A stretch of DNA of 64,000 nucleotides from Geosiphon pyriformis uo1. Its lineage: Eukaryota > Fungi > Glomeromycota. A program made the position numbers and the translations under genes. The notes under the pieces are model-generated. The model saw nothing but the letters and a program-made list of their open reading frames with translations. It was not told where the DNA came from and made no database searches. The stretch is taken from assembly GCA_016748015.1 (NCBI GenBank), contig JAAOMT010000502.1, positions 1 to 64,000 of the forward strand, given 5' to 3'. Shown piece after piece: positions 12,573-25,127 of this stretch (within the stretch, counting starts at the first letter, position 1; every line of letters starts with the position of its first letter).

Positions 12573-14345
12573 GTGGCAGAATCAGAAAACATAGGAGCAA
12601 ACCATTTAAAATTTGCCAAATTCTTGTTCCAACAATACAGCCAACAATTAGGACTAAACAATAACCACTTCCTAGCAAAATCTATCTTTAACTTCTACAT
12701 CAATGATAAAATCACAAACTGCTTAGAAGAAACAGTTAACATTGAATTTGCAAGAGAAAATTTTTATACAGAATTATTTCAACATACCAGTTTACCAAGA
12801 AATTACAGTTTTGCATCAATCATCAGAGAAATCAATCAAACCATTGAAAGATACACACAACAACAATTCCCAATTACCTATGCAGACAAAAAATAAGGAA
12901 GACTACAAACACCAGCAGTAACACCAAAACAAATACAACCACCTATTTAAAAGAAAACCAGAGTTGAATCATCAACAAATCCATTATACCATTACACCCC
13001 AAAAAGCACCATCAACATTTCATTAACAGGTGCGTCCACATTACACATGACATTAATATTTGGCAGACTCCCATTTCAAAGTAAACAAAAGAAAGCAGAA
13101 TTACTGAAAACATACAGTGATTACTTTGATAGATTTAAATCACGATTGCCAATGCCATCTCAGCCAGATTTTGGAACCATGAGTTCCTGGGAAATAATAA
13201 AATTGGAAGAGGAACAGAAATAAAAAGAATCTGAAGATCAAGAATTTATTTACCAGAACCCGATTTTAGGAAACCTGAATATTAAAACTCCAAATTTTCA
13301 GACTTAGCAAAATTTAAATTTAGAAAATCTGGAAATTGAAACTCCGAATTTTCAAATACAGCACAATTAGAACAATTGAGACCCCAACATTAATAATTAA
13401 CAATACTTACCTCCAGTAATTGTGATCAATCCACTTTCAGTTCTACCAATCAACGAACTGCAACAACAGCTACTTCAATCACCCTAACAACCACAACAGC
13501 CATTTTTACTGCCACAACAACAACTTCAACAACCACCACAACAACAAATCATAGCACCAATGGCATATGCTTCTATTGCCAAATTCAAAAAATTCACCGG
13601 CAAAAAAGACAATGCCCAAATGTGGTTAAACAATGTAGAGAAAGCCATTGCAGCCAATAGATAAGATGATGTCAGAACCATGCAGACCATTCCTTATTTT
13701 CTCTAAGATACTGCTGATTTATGATATCAAAGCTTGGTCAACAAACCCATAGATTTTAATACATTCAAGCTTGCATTTCTACAATACTTCAGCAACAATA
13801 ATAGTATTAATCGGCTAGCAAACACTTTCACTACTATCAAACAAGAGGAAAATGAAGCAGTCACTACTTACTTAGGACACTTCCACAGAAATCTGCACCA
13901 GATCCAGGCCATACAGGCTGATTATTTCATAGCATCACAAATTCTAAACCAATTTATTAGAGGTCTGTGTAGCAGCATCCTCTAATGCATACGTTCAATA
14001 CACCCAGCAGACTTTCAAGCTGCAGTTACCAACGCCAGAGATTTTGAAGCAGCTGAACTTGAAGCTAATTATGCCTAAGCTGTAAATTTAGAAATGAATG
14101 GATCATCTGACTTAGATTCCAAATTAAAACAATTCAGTGATTCTATTAACTGAAAACTTGAAGAGTATCTAGCTAACAATTGCACAATTTATCAGCCATC
14201 CCAATGATGCAATAATTTAGGAATCACAAATCACCCACAAAATCAGTTGTGTTTTTCATTATCATCCAATCAGCCATGGCAGCAAGAGATGTGTATCTGC
14301 CACTACTGTGGTAAACAAGGACATTTGAGAATCAATTGTTAGTTA
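12573..14345 (+). pseudogene. gag: Gypsy gag: N-terminal domain, Q/P-rich linker, capsid, CCHC knuckle
   Basis: Capsid-like MAYASIAKFKKFTG...WLNNVEKAI...FIRGL (13560-13980); knuckle CHYCGKQGHLRINC at 14298. All in one frame, with transition-derived stops. Confidence 0.9.
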
Positions 14346-14939
14346 AGAGTAGAAAACCAATGATCAAGACATCAATATCAAAACCCTGATCACAGGTTTT
14401 CAGCTCCAAGTTATCAATCAAACACAGAAATATATCAAACAAATTACCTATCTATGATGCAGCCACAAATTTATCAACTGCCAATTTATTAGCCACCAGC
14501 ACTCATCATTTATCATCTGCAGCCCCAACCCATTTATCAACTGCAGTCTCAGGTAATTTATCAGCTCCAACAAATTCAAATACTGCTGCAGAACTTATCT
14601 CAAAACAGAACTCAAAGGCTAAGACTGACACAGCAAAACTGGAGATTGGTGATAGTGGTTCACCAACTGATTTCCAGTTTTACAACACAACTATCAGGAT
14701 CTTAACTATGAAATTCAGGTACTGGGTACGCCCAAAACTCAAATTCCCAGAACTATTTAAGTCTTCTAGTTACCCCAAAAGATGCCCCATCCAATAATCC
14801 AGAAACCAACCAAAAACAATCACTCACCAACAACATACTTCTAGCTACTGTCACCAATAACAAATCACTAGCAGTGATCTTTCCATTCAAACTCGAAGAA
14901 ACCACACCAGTCCCATTATTCAGTGGAGCCACTCTTGAT

Positions 14940-15320
14940 ACCAAACCAATCACCACCATGTACACTGATGCAAAAGTTGATGGTCATGCCATCAAACTGA
15001 TCTTAGACAATAGATTAACTGGCAGCATTATTACTAGACAACTCATAGACTAATTAAGTTGCCAAGTTGATCGAGCTGCCAGTGCATGAATAATCACTGC
15101 TGATGAAGCAACTAAAACTTCTATTGGTGAAATTGATAACTTTCCTTTTGAAGTCAATGGTATTATTATTTCTATTAAAGTCCTAGTGATGGAAGCAATG
15201 CAATATCAGGCATTAGTAGGAATGATTGGCTATCTAAAACCAACATATTGCTTGATTGGAATACACAGGAGCTTCAAATTAGCCAGAACGAATGACATAC
15301 ATGTGTACCAGTCATGTGTG
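14940..15320 (+). pseudogene. Retroviral-type aspartic protease domain
   Basis: MYTDAKVDGHAIKLILD(NR<SG)LTGSII...LVG(N)DWL, in the same frame as gag. Confidence 0.85.
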
Positions 15321-16529
15321 GCCACTTCAAGACTACCAACTTGACAACACCACTCATCAAATTTGAGGAAAAAAAAAAACCTATCTGGGAAGCCTATCAA
15401 GTCTTGTGGACTAACAAAGACTACAATGAACTACTGCCTATACTCTTCTGAGATGACAATGGCAAAAGAAAACAAAAAGAGACCAAACTCACCTAGAACA
15501 CCAACCAAGCCTGGGAAACTGACAACACCCAGAAAGAACTAAACAATTGGGAGTAAAAAAAAACTAATAAGGAAAAGGAAAAGGAAGAAAAAACTATTCT
15601 TATCAGCAATACTTATAGTTCATATGCCTACACTTCATTACAACTATCTAATTATTGTCGACCAAAATTAGTATGCATTGATTGCAGCAAGAAATTGTTA
15701 TCAATGGGCACATATTGTGGCAATGATAAGGAATACTCCACAGCCACAAGATTCTATTGCCGCCCATGCATCATAGAGTGCTTTGGACGACCAAAATGAC
15801 AAGGAAAGTGAAATAACCAACCATGTCTTGCATGTGGAACTATCTTATCTGACAAAGAAATGTGGAATGACATTCTTGGATGTGGAGAAACCTGCAACAA
15901 AACATGCCAGTACACTATTCTGATAAATGATTAGATAAACAAAAGAACACCAATTAACGATACCTGGAAAAAAGCATTGTGACAATTGGAAGAATATTCC
16001 CATGACAAACATAAACTCTGGAGAATAGCATATGCAAAAGCAGAAGGCATGACAACCAGTGAACTATTAGAAATCAAAAACAACCCTTTGTCTCTTTCTG
16101 AATCCAAATATGTTCAAACTTTTAACATCTTTGGCAACATAGAGGATGATCCAGAAGAATTCTATGAACATTACCAGCATCTAACACCCACTAGAGAAGA
16201 GCAGGAGCAACACTTGAAAGAAATCAACACTTGATTATGTGACTACTGTTTAATCCCATGTGACTTTCAATATTGTAATGAGTGTGACTTCATTTACAAT
16301 CTACCACCACACATAATCTACACAATCCCAGAGAAAAAAGAGCCAATTAACAACTGCACATCAGAATTGGAATCAACTTTCAACCCCAATTCAAACTCTG
16401 ATAACAATGACAATGAAAATAATGGTTCCAGTTCCACTCAAACTGACAACAAAAATAATAATGATTCAGACTCCGATTCAAACTCCAAAACATTTATAGC
16501 ACTTCCTAATTTCGCCAAGAAGCAAGAAC

Positions 16530-16960
16530 TGAAATGGTTCAGTAATAACAATGAAAGTATTATGCCAGAATATGTGCATAATACTGATGCAGGGTTTGAT
16601 CTGAGATATCCTGAGGAAGATTTCATCAAATTAGAACTACATTCATGCACTTGCATTGATCTGAAAATAGCACTGGAAATTTTAACAACAACAATAGTTC
16701 AATTAGCATCCAAGAGTAGTTTAGTGAAAAAAGGAATCAACATTAGAGGAGAAATAATTGATGTGAGATACGTAGAAAATATTATTGTTATACTACAAAA
16801 TGATTCAGAAAAGGCCTATATTATAGAGCCAAATGAAAAGATAGCACAGGCAATATTCCTATCTCTAGTGAAAATAGCTCAGTTGGTTTCAGTGAAAAAG
16901 AGGGAAAAATTAGGGATAACAACAAAAAAGATACAGGGATTTAGATTCACGGGTAGAATA
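16530..16960 (+). pseudogene. dut: Trimeric dUTPase domain within Gypsy pol
   Basis: Motifs 1-5: DAGFDL, ASKSSL (RSS), GEIIDVRYVENI (GxIDxGYxG), EKIAQ, KIQGFRFTG (RGxxGFGSTG). Confidence 0.9.
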
Positions 16961-17439
16961 GATGTACCAGTTAATATAGCAGAGGAAAAAATTGTTAACA
17001 AAGGAGAAATTATCTCAATCTGTCAATTAATTTCTATTCCACCATATGACCAGTATATGTTAGCCATAAAAAGAGAAGTAAAAAATCAAGCTCAGTTGTT
17101 TGAAACAGAAGCAACTATTTACGAATCAAGAGAGATTGGACTTACTAATCTCTATATATTAGCCAACAGCCCCAAAAATATCAAAATTCTCATCTACAAT
17201 ACAGCAAAAAATATCATTGAAATACCAAAGGAAACCATTATTGGATATTTAATCACTGGAGTTGAAGATCAACCATCAAACCACATTCTAGATTTTTCAC
17301 AGCTTTGCAGATATGTGGACATTACATTACAAACCATTTATGGATGAAGTAAATGTTATTTGCTCCAACCAGAACAATTGGAACAGATAAACATGGGAAA
17401 TTAAGATTTATTCCAACAAATACAACTAAAAATATTATT

Positions 17440-20197
17440 CTAAAATTTCAATGACATCTTTGCTAGTGAAAATAAATTTGGCCACACTAACATCATCTAG
17501 TATCAGATCAAAACTGGAGATGCAATGCCAATTAAACAAAAAGCATACAGAGTACCACCAGCCAGCCATGAGATTATTTGTCAAGAAATTAACCAAATGC
17601 TTGACAATGGGCTAATTCAGCCATTAATAAGCCCATGGTTATTACCAGTGGTACTAGTCCAGAAAAAGAATGAAAAGATCTGTTTTTGTGTGGATTATCG
17701 AAAACTAATAGAGTGACTAAAGATGATAGTTATTCAACTTTAAAGATCCAAGAACTATTTAACACTTTTGGAGGAAATAAATGGTTTTTGATATTGGATT
17801 TAGATAGTAGTTACTGGCAAGTAACCATGGATCCAGCTGACAAAGAGAAAACAGCATTTACCACAAGAGAAAAAAATTTTGAGTTTGAAGTCATGCCATT
17901 TGGCTTGAAGAATACCCCAGCAACATTCCAATGACTCATAGAAATTGTTTATACTGGATTACTATGAAAATTAGTAGTTGTATACTTAGATAACACCAAT
18001 GTGTTTTCAAAAACATTTGATTATCATCTGCATTATTTTCAACAAGTGTTTGAGAGACTAAGAAGAGCTAGATTGAAACTAAATACAACTAAATGTTTCT
18101 TTAGAAAAACCAAAATCAAATTTTTGGGACATGTAGTAAGCAAAAACGAAATCAAAACAAATCCAAACAAGATTGATGTAGTTAAAAACTTTCCAGTACC
18201 AACCAATTTGACAGAACTAAGAGCATTTTTGGGTTTCGCAGGCTACTATTACTATTTTATCAAAGACTTTTCAAAACTGGCTTAGCCACTTCACCATCTA
18301 CAAACCAAGAATATGAAATATAAATAGACTGAAACTCAACAAGAAATATTTGACACATTAAAAAAAAAGCTTATTCAAGCTTTAGTATTGATGTATTCAG
18401 ATTACAGCAGACTATTCATAATTACTACCAATGCATCAGGTCAAGCATTAGAAGCAGTACTATTGCAAAAAAACTAGATGAAAAAGAGCATCCAGTAGCT
18501 TATGCCAATAGAAGCTTAAGTCCAGCTGAGAAGAACTATGGAACTCTAGCACTAGAACACTTAGCTATCTATTGGGCTGTCATCAAATAGAAAAAATACT
18601 TGAGTCAAAAGTTTGAGGTGTACACTGATCACAAAGGATTGACTTCAATCCAGAAACAGGAATTTGCAGACGACTACCATGCCAGATAGAAAATAGAACT
18701 TTCACTATTCAACTATACAATACATTATAAAAAAGGAAAAAACAATAGAAATGCTGACAGATTGTCATAAATGAGACAAATCTAAAACATTTCAACCCAA
18801 AAATATAACAAAATATGAACATCCAAAAATACCAACAACTACAATATTATATAAATATCCAATTGTTCAAGGAGAAATTATTTCAAAAAGAACAAAAAAA
18901 CATAAAACAACAGTCAAAATATTTTATCAACTATCAAAATATACTTTACTAGAAGAACAAAAAAAATTCAGTTCAACCAATCAGAGTAATCACAGAACCA
19001 AAGAAAGAAACAATACTATTCAACATGCACTCAGATCCAACAGCAGGACATTTTTATAAAGAAGCAATCATGAAAAGAACTAGAAAAAGATACTATTGGC
19101 CATCAATATATTCAGACATCATCCAATATATTCAAAATTGTGATGCTAGTCAGAGAAGAGGAGGAACAAAACTCAGTGAATCATTGAGACCAATTAAAGT
19201 GAGACAACTATTTGATTGAATTGGGATTGACTTAGTCAGACCATTAACAATCACCAGCAGAGGCAACAGATATATTGCAATAGCCATAAACTATCTCACT
19301 AAATGGCCAGAAGCAAAAGCCATTCAAAGAGCAAATGCAAAATTCATTGTCAAATTTGTTCATCAAAATTTGATATGTCAATACAGATGTCCAAAAAAAC
19401 TATTATCAGATCAAGAAACTCACTTTGTAAATAGAACATTGACAGAATTAAGTCAAAAATTTGGAATAAAAAGACCATTATTATTACCATACTATCCACA
19501 AACAAATGGGTTAGTTGAAAGATTTAATAGAACATTGTGTGAAGCAACTGCAAAAATCAGCTGAAAAAATCAAGAAGAATGAAATTTGTTTATACCATCA
19601 GTATTATTTGCTTATCGGACAATAAAACAAGACACTATACAAGCAACACCATTTAAATTGATGTACAGTAGAACAGCAACATTACCAGTTGAAATAAAGG
19701 TCAATACATATCCAACTGAACCAATAACAGAAGATAATTTCCAAGAAACATTGTTGAAAAAAACATATGACCAAATGAAACCACTAGAAAACAGATGACA
19801 AAAAACAGCTGATAACATCCAAAAGTCACAAAAAAAGCAAAAGGAATGACATAATAACCAACTACCAAATAAACCAGTTGAATTCAAGATTGAAGACAAG
19901 GTATTATTATATTGTACTAAAGTAGAAAAACAATGGAGTAGAAAATTTGACCCCAAATGGGACAAACTATTTCACATAGAAGAAATTCTTGGAAATGGAG
20001 CTTATAAATTAAGATGGGACAACAAAATCTTAGCCAAAGCAGCACATAATGATTAACTGAAACAATATCACCAGATAACATCATCATCTACCAATAATAT
20101 TTTATAATTGGGAGTACAAAGAACACTAGTTCAACCAGATGAGATTCCACGAGATTTGAAACCAATCATAGTTATTGAACCAAACACATCAAATTGA
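17440..20197 (+). pseudogene. pol: Gypsy RT, RNase H and integrase, without an evident chromodomain
   Basis: PIKQKAYR, CVDYRKL, LDLDSSYWQ, MPFGL, YLDN (<YLDD, 17983), FLGH; RNaseH TNAS (<TDAS); IN H..H..C, IGIDL, LSDQETHF, QTNGLVERFN and a GPY/F-like tail; ends KPIIVIEPNTSN*. Confidence 0.93.
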
Positions 20198-20252
20198 ACA
20201 ACTCAGAAGAGTATATAAAAGCACAATATATATGACAAAAGCAACCAAAAAA

Positions 20253-20888
20253 ATGAAAATACCAGATCATATTCACACTATAACTCAACAACTGTTCCAG
20301 GCCTTAAATCAACAACAGTTAGACATGGAAATTGTTATTAACAACCAAATAATCTGCTATCAAAACACCCAAAAAAAGACAAAAAATACATCATACCAGC
20401 GACCTCCAAAGAACAATAAAAACTAGTCAGATAACATAATAAAAAAAGTAAAGAACACTTTTGGGAAAATACCTATTATGGTACCAACAGAGAAACTTAC
20501 AAAAGAGAATTGAAAGCAATGAACAGAACAACTTCCAATATTATACTGCTACTACCAGTTAGGTCAGAAGTTGAATATTCAGAAGTTGTATATTGGCAAA
20601 TCCAAGAAAATATTCAACCAAAACATAATACAGCAGATTGAAGAATTTATTGGAAAGAAAACAAACTCAACACTACATGTAAGAACAATTTACTGACTGC
20701 ACAACATATTTCAGAACTATCCAGAAATATTGTTACACTTAGACATGGAAACCATAACCATTAATTAATAAGGAAGAATAAACAATGTACAAGTAGAAAA
20801 CGTAAAAAACAGAGTCAAACAAACAATAATTGAAAAAAAAGTATTAGAACTAATTCAAAACAAAGATTTTGATAGAGCTCAATATTAA
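20253..20888 (+). pseudogene. Additional 3' ORF (ORF3, ~212 codons) between pol and the PPT, unknown function
   Basis: One frame without frameshift from AAAATG (20253) to TAA (20888); six internal stops, each explicable as a transition; TATATAAAAG at 20212. Confidence 0.65.
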
Positions 20889-20901
20889 AAAAAGGAGGAG
20901 A
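20887..20901 (+). promoter_or_regulatory. Polypurine tract AAAAAAAGGAGGAGA
   Basis: Directly upstream of the 3' LTR. Confidence 0.85.
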
Positions 20902-20904
20902 TAA

Positions 20905-21532
20905 TATTATTCATAGAAAAAGAAAACAGATATCAAAAATAGTAGACCAATAGGAAAAGAGTAGTTAGCACATAAACACATTGCTCAGCAATGTAAAGCA
21001 ATATCAGAAATCATGGTATATTGTTCAGCAATATGGAGCAATGTCAGAAATTATGACACATCGCTCAGCAATGTAGAGCAATGTCAAAAAAAATACTTAA
21101 CCATACTGGAACAATAGCTTTTGATCATGGCTATTGATGGGATACTAACTTGTAATTGCTTTTGCTCATTTCTTTATCTTCTTTTATTTTTTTTTATTTT
21201 CTTTTTGTTATTTCTTTGGTTTTACTAAATTGATTAAGAATTAAGCGCTGAGATACAGACATCATAGGGACTGGTAAAAGACCTGTGAAACAAGGGTAGA
21301 ACACTCATAGATTTGAGGATAGCTTACCAAAAGGATTACCGGCCACCATGTTGAAAAAAAAATTCAATGGAATTGTGATTCTGGAAGGCTACTGAAAACA
21401 ACTATTACAACTTTGTCCATTATACAAAGAACTCCACAACAAAACCTTTAGATATCTACACCAGAAGACCAACCAAGCATCAAGTTATGAATTTGTTATT
21501 TGACTTGAGACCCCAAATAATCATCTGTAATA
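20905..21532 (+). repeat. 3' LTR (628 bp, with a 219-bp internal deletion)
   Basis: Colinear with the 5' LTR; termini mutated to TA...TA; lacks the equivalent of 11856-12074. Confidence 0.95.
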
Positions 21533-21724
21533 ATGTAAATCTTTTTTGCTCAATTATAAGACTATCATTGGTTCTAATATTGTTATTATAAGGAAGTCTA
21601 TCAAGAATTCTGATCTTGGCAATAATAGCAAACATGATTTTTTTAGGAAAAAAAAAGTGGTGCTTTGGAGGACAGTATTAATAACAAAGTGATTTTTACT
21701 AAGACTTTAAGTGATTACTTTTGG

Positions 21725-24700
21725 TAAAGTTCTAATGTTTGGTCTAATTCAGTTCAAGTTCAATTAAACTACCAAACCAAACCAAACTCAAACAGAAAAT
21801 TTGGCAAAATTTTAAACTCAAACTTGAACCAGACTTAAAATTATTGAACTTGAACTAAATCTGAACACATGCAACAAGTTTGGTTCAAGTTCAGTTCAAA
21901 TTTTATGAATATGTTCAGATTTGACTATTGAAAACATTATATTATACTATATTATTATTTAATTTTTTTTTAATGTTCTTGCATTCATGATCGAAATTAC
22001 TGTGCTGCTTTTATAGTTTTAGGCACTAAGTCAGATCTCATATCTGTAATTATATTCTTATCTGCAGAAAAGATGTGTTTAAAGACAACAAATAATTCTT
22101 GGATTGCCAAATAATTACAAATTATACATACAAGATGAGAAAATTATGTTTAATATATTTAAATATTAAATTATTAATAAAATATTAATTTAGATAAATA
22201 TTTTTTGTAATATACTTTTTACTATGCTATTATATTAATTTCTTTATTGGCCATTTTTTCAGAAATATAATAATTAATTTTGTTAAGTTTTTTTTCATCA
22301 TCATCATTAAAGTTTGTTTTTAATATAGATTATGTAATTAATGCTATAATATCATTAAAATTGCTATTTAACAAAAAACTGTTATTTGATGTTGATATAA
22401 TATCTAGTATATACTTTATTTCAAAAAAATACATATTTTAAAGATTTATTTATTGTGTAAAAGTTAGAAAATACAATTATTTGAATAAATTAATAACTTA
22501 TAATTCTTTTGTTTTATATATATTGTCATCTAAAAATTTTATTTTCGTAAAATAATAGAATTTTTTCTTAGATCCAATACAATGCAAAGCATTACAGTTG
22601 TATTTGTTTTAAAGTAATATTCAACCAACTTTTTTTTTGCTGCTCTAGCTATAGTTATAAGTAATAAATCTAATATTAAATATATTAAATAAATAATTAA
22701 ATAAATACAATCAAGATTATAATATTTTACCAAATTTATTATCATCAATCATGTTTTTAATATAATTAAAAATAATATTAAAGAGAAAAATATTCAAGAA
22801 GACAGTATTATTTGAATTGGCTGATATTTTGACTATAATATTCTTAAATAGTTCAAGAAATTTAGCAATTTTATTGAAAACAGCCCACTGATTATGTGAA
22901 ATAACATATTAAAAGTTAATATAAGTATTAGTAGAAATGTTTAATGTTTATAAATTTACAATTAAAATTTTTGTATTCAAAATATATGAAATCAGAAATA
23001 AATGACTTGTTAATTTAAGAAATAATTTATTTCTAACCATGTTATAAGTAAAATTCTATTGGGTAAGACAATCCAAAATAAGTATATAGTATTTAATTTA
23101 ACATGTATTACAAGCACATTCAAAAAACTTAAAATGTTGAAGCAAGATATGAATTACAGAATTAAGTTTCTTAATTTTTAATTTATACAAAGTTTATATT
23201 AAGAAAATTTCAGATAAATATATTTAGTTTAGGTTTTTAACAAATATTTTGAAAATATTAACTTTTATTTTATTTAGAGCCGCTTATACTGTCAAGTTTA
23301 AAATATGATTAAAGCATCAAAATTAAAGATTCTCTGAATTCTATTAAATGGTTTTCTTTTTTAATTTTTTTGGTAACTTTCTTATAAAAGTACTATTATT
23401 TGCAGTATTATCAAAAGTAATAGCAAGAAACTGTTAAAAAAAATTAGGTTATAATTAATAAAATTAATAATAAACTTATATAAAAAAAGATGAGTATAAT
23501 TTCTTTTTAAACTTTTTAGCTAAAAATTCAGTTTGAGATAATAATAAAAACTATTTAAACTAATATTAAAAAAATGTGGTTTTTGATGATATAAATACTG
23601 TAGTAACTTTAAGTCTTAAATAATACTAATACCAAAAACTCAACTTTGGAACAATAATAAAAATCAACTTAAGCCAAATTGTGAAAATGTAATTTTCAAT
23701 AATATGAACATTATAATAACTCTGAGCTTTAGATAATATTAATACCAAAAATTCAGCTCTAAAACAATAATAAAAACCAACTTAAACTAATATTAAAAAA
23801 ACACGATTTTTGATAATATAAACATTATAATAACTTTAAGTTTTAGATAATACTAATATGTTATATAGTACGTTAAACTCATCATTGATTATTAACCAAT
23901 TTAAATTTATGCAAAAATATACATATATATCTTTGATATAATTCTATAATTTTTTAATATTTTAAAAATCTGTTTGCAATATTTATTATATTGTTTACTT
24001 ATTAATACAAAATCAATTATTGTTTATTAAAGATTTCAATTGTTATTAATATAATAAGCAATAATAAAAACAAAAGCTTTATTATTAAGAAATGTTCAGA
24101 AATCTAATATAAAAGAAATTTTGAACTTAATAGTACTTAAATATATATATTATATTATAAGTATAAATAAAAGAAAAAGAACATTTTATAATAAAAATAA
24201 TGTTTACTTTTAATTCTTGTCTACCCAAAATATAAAGTTTTATAACTCTATTTTTAATTATATTGGCACAAACAGATTAAAAAGTAAGGTTCAAGTATTA
24301 AAATATTTTGATTAATTTAAGAACTTTATTATAAAAAATAATTATTAACAATTAATAAGCCAAATAGTAATTATGTTATAAAGTTTTTTATTATTAATGT
24401 CAATAGCAGTTATTATAGAAAACTAAAGCAGTTTTCTAGTTAGATTGGCCAAAAATCATAAAAAAAAATATCAATTTCACTTGTTAAAACATTTTTTCAA
24501 TTAACTTGTAATTTTTCTGAACATTTTGCCTTTTTTTTTATTATAACATATACTGTTTAATAAAAAACCTCTAAATAACACCATAAGAATTTGGTAATAT
24601 TTATAGTTTTGTAAGAAAATAGTTTATGCACATATTTTAAGACCATATATTTAGTTGTTTTTTGTTTTTTTGTTCATTTAAACTTATCAAAATAGTCTTA

Positions 24701-25127
24701 TATTTTACTTTAAAAACTACATTTACCAAATATATTAATATTTGGATTATTTAAGTTATCAAATTCTATTATTTTAGATTTTAAATCTTTAATAACATTA
24801 GATAATATTAACAATAAATTCATTTTAGTAAGTTGAAAAGTAAAATTGTTTTATATATATAGTTTTATTTATTTTTTTAGCTGATTATAGTAATTAAACA
24901 AAATAATAATTGATGAACAAGTAGTACAAATTATATTTTTTTAATTTTATTAAACTTAGATAAATTTATAAACTTTAAACCAAATTTAGACTTGTCAAAA
25001 AGATTTAATATCAAACTCGAACTGAATTTACTTTGAAAAATTGGTTCAGTTCAAATTTAGTTCATAATTCAAACTGAACTTAAATAATATCCAAAGTTTG
25101 GTTCAATTTAGTTCAATTAGAACTCTA
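21725..25127 (-). mobile_element. hAT DNA transposon, 3403 bp, decayed, inserted in LINE ORF1
   Basis: TIR TAAAGTTCTAAT / ATTAGAACTCTA (11/12), perfect 8-bp TSD ACTTTTGG (21717-24, 25128-35), and GTTCAA/TTGAAC subterminal arrays. Minus-strand transposase relics: FLAITFDNTANN (~23400-23430), KLVEYY...VLDLRK (~22560-22640) and the dimerisation domain NYLAIQ...HIFSAD...ITDMRSDLVPKTIKA (~21980-22140). Confidence 0.93.
23519..23857. repeat. Three tandem ~113-bp copies inside the hAT element
   Basis: Units start at ~23519, 23631 and 23744 (ACCAAAAA(C/T)TCA...ATAATAC/TTAAT). Confidence 0.85.

Larger units (their letters stand above)
11664..21532 (+). mobile_element. Complete Ty3/Gypsy LTR retrotransposon with dUTPase, 9.87 kb, decayed
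   Basis: Paired LTRs, PBS, PPT, 4-bp TSD ATGT (11660-63, 21533-36); domain order Gag-PR-(Cys-rich)-dUTPase-RT-RNaseH-IN. Confidence 0.97.

Noticed and set aside
14753-19965. Antisense ORFs in the Gypsy element (14753-14965, 16438-16656, 19612-19965)
   Set aside because: Shadows of the A-rich sense coding frame; no motifs.
20000-20197. Chromodomain at the integrase C-terminus
   Set aside because: No Y-x-V-E...YLVKW-x-G pattern in the frames read.
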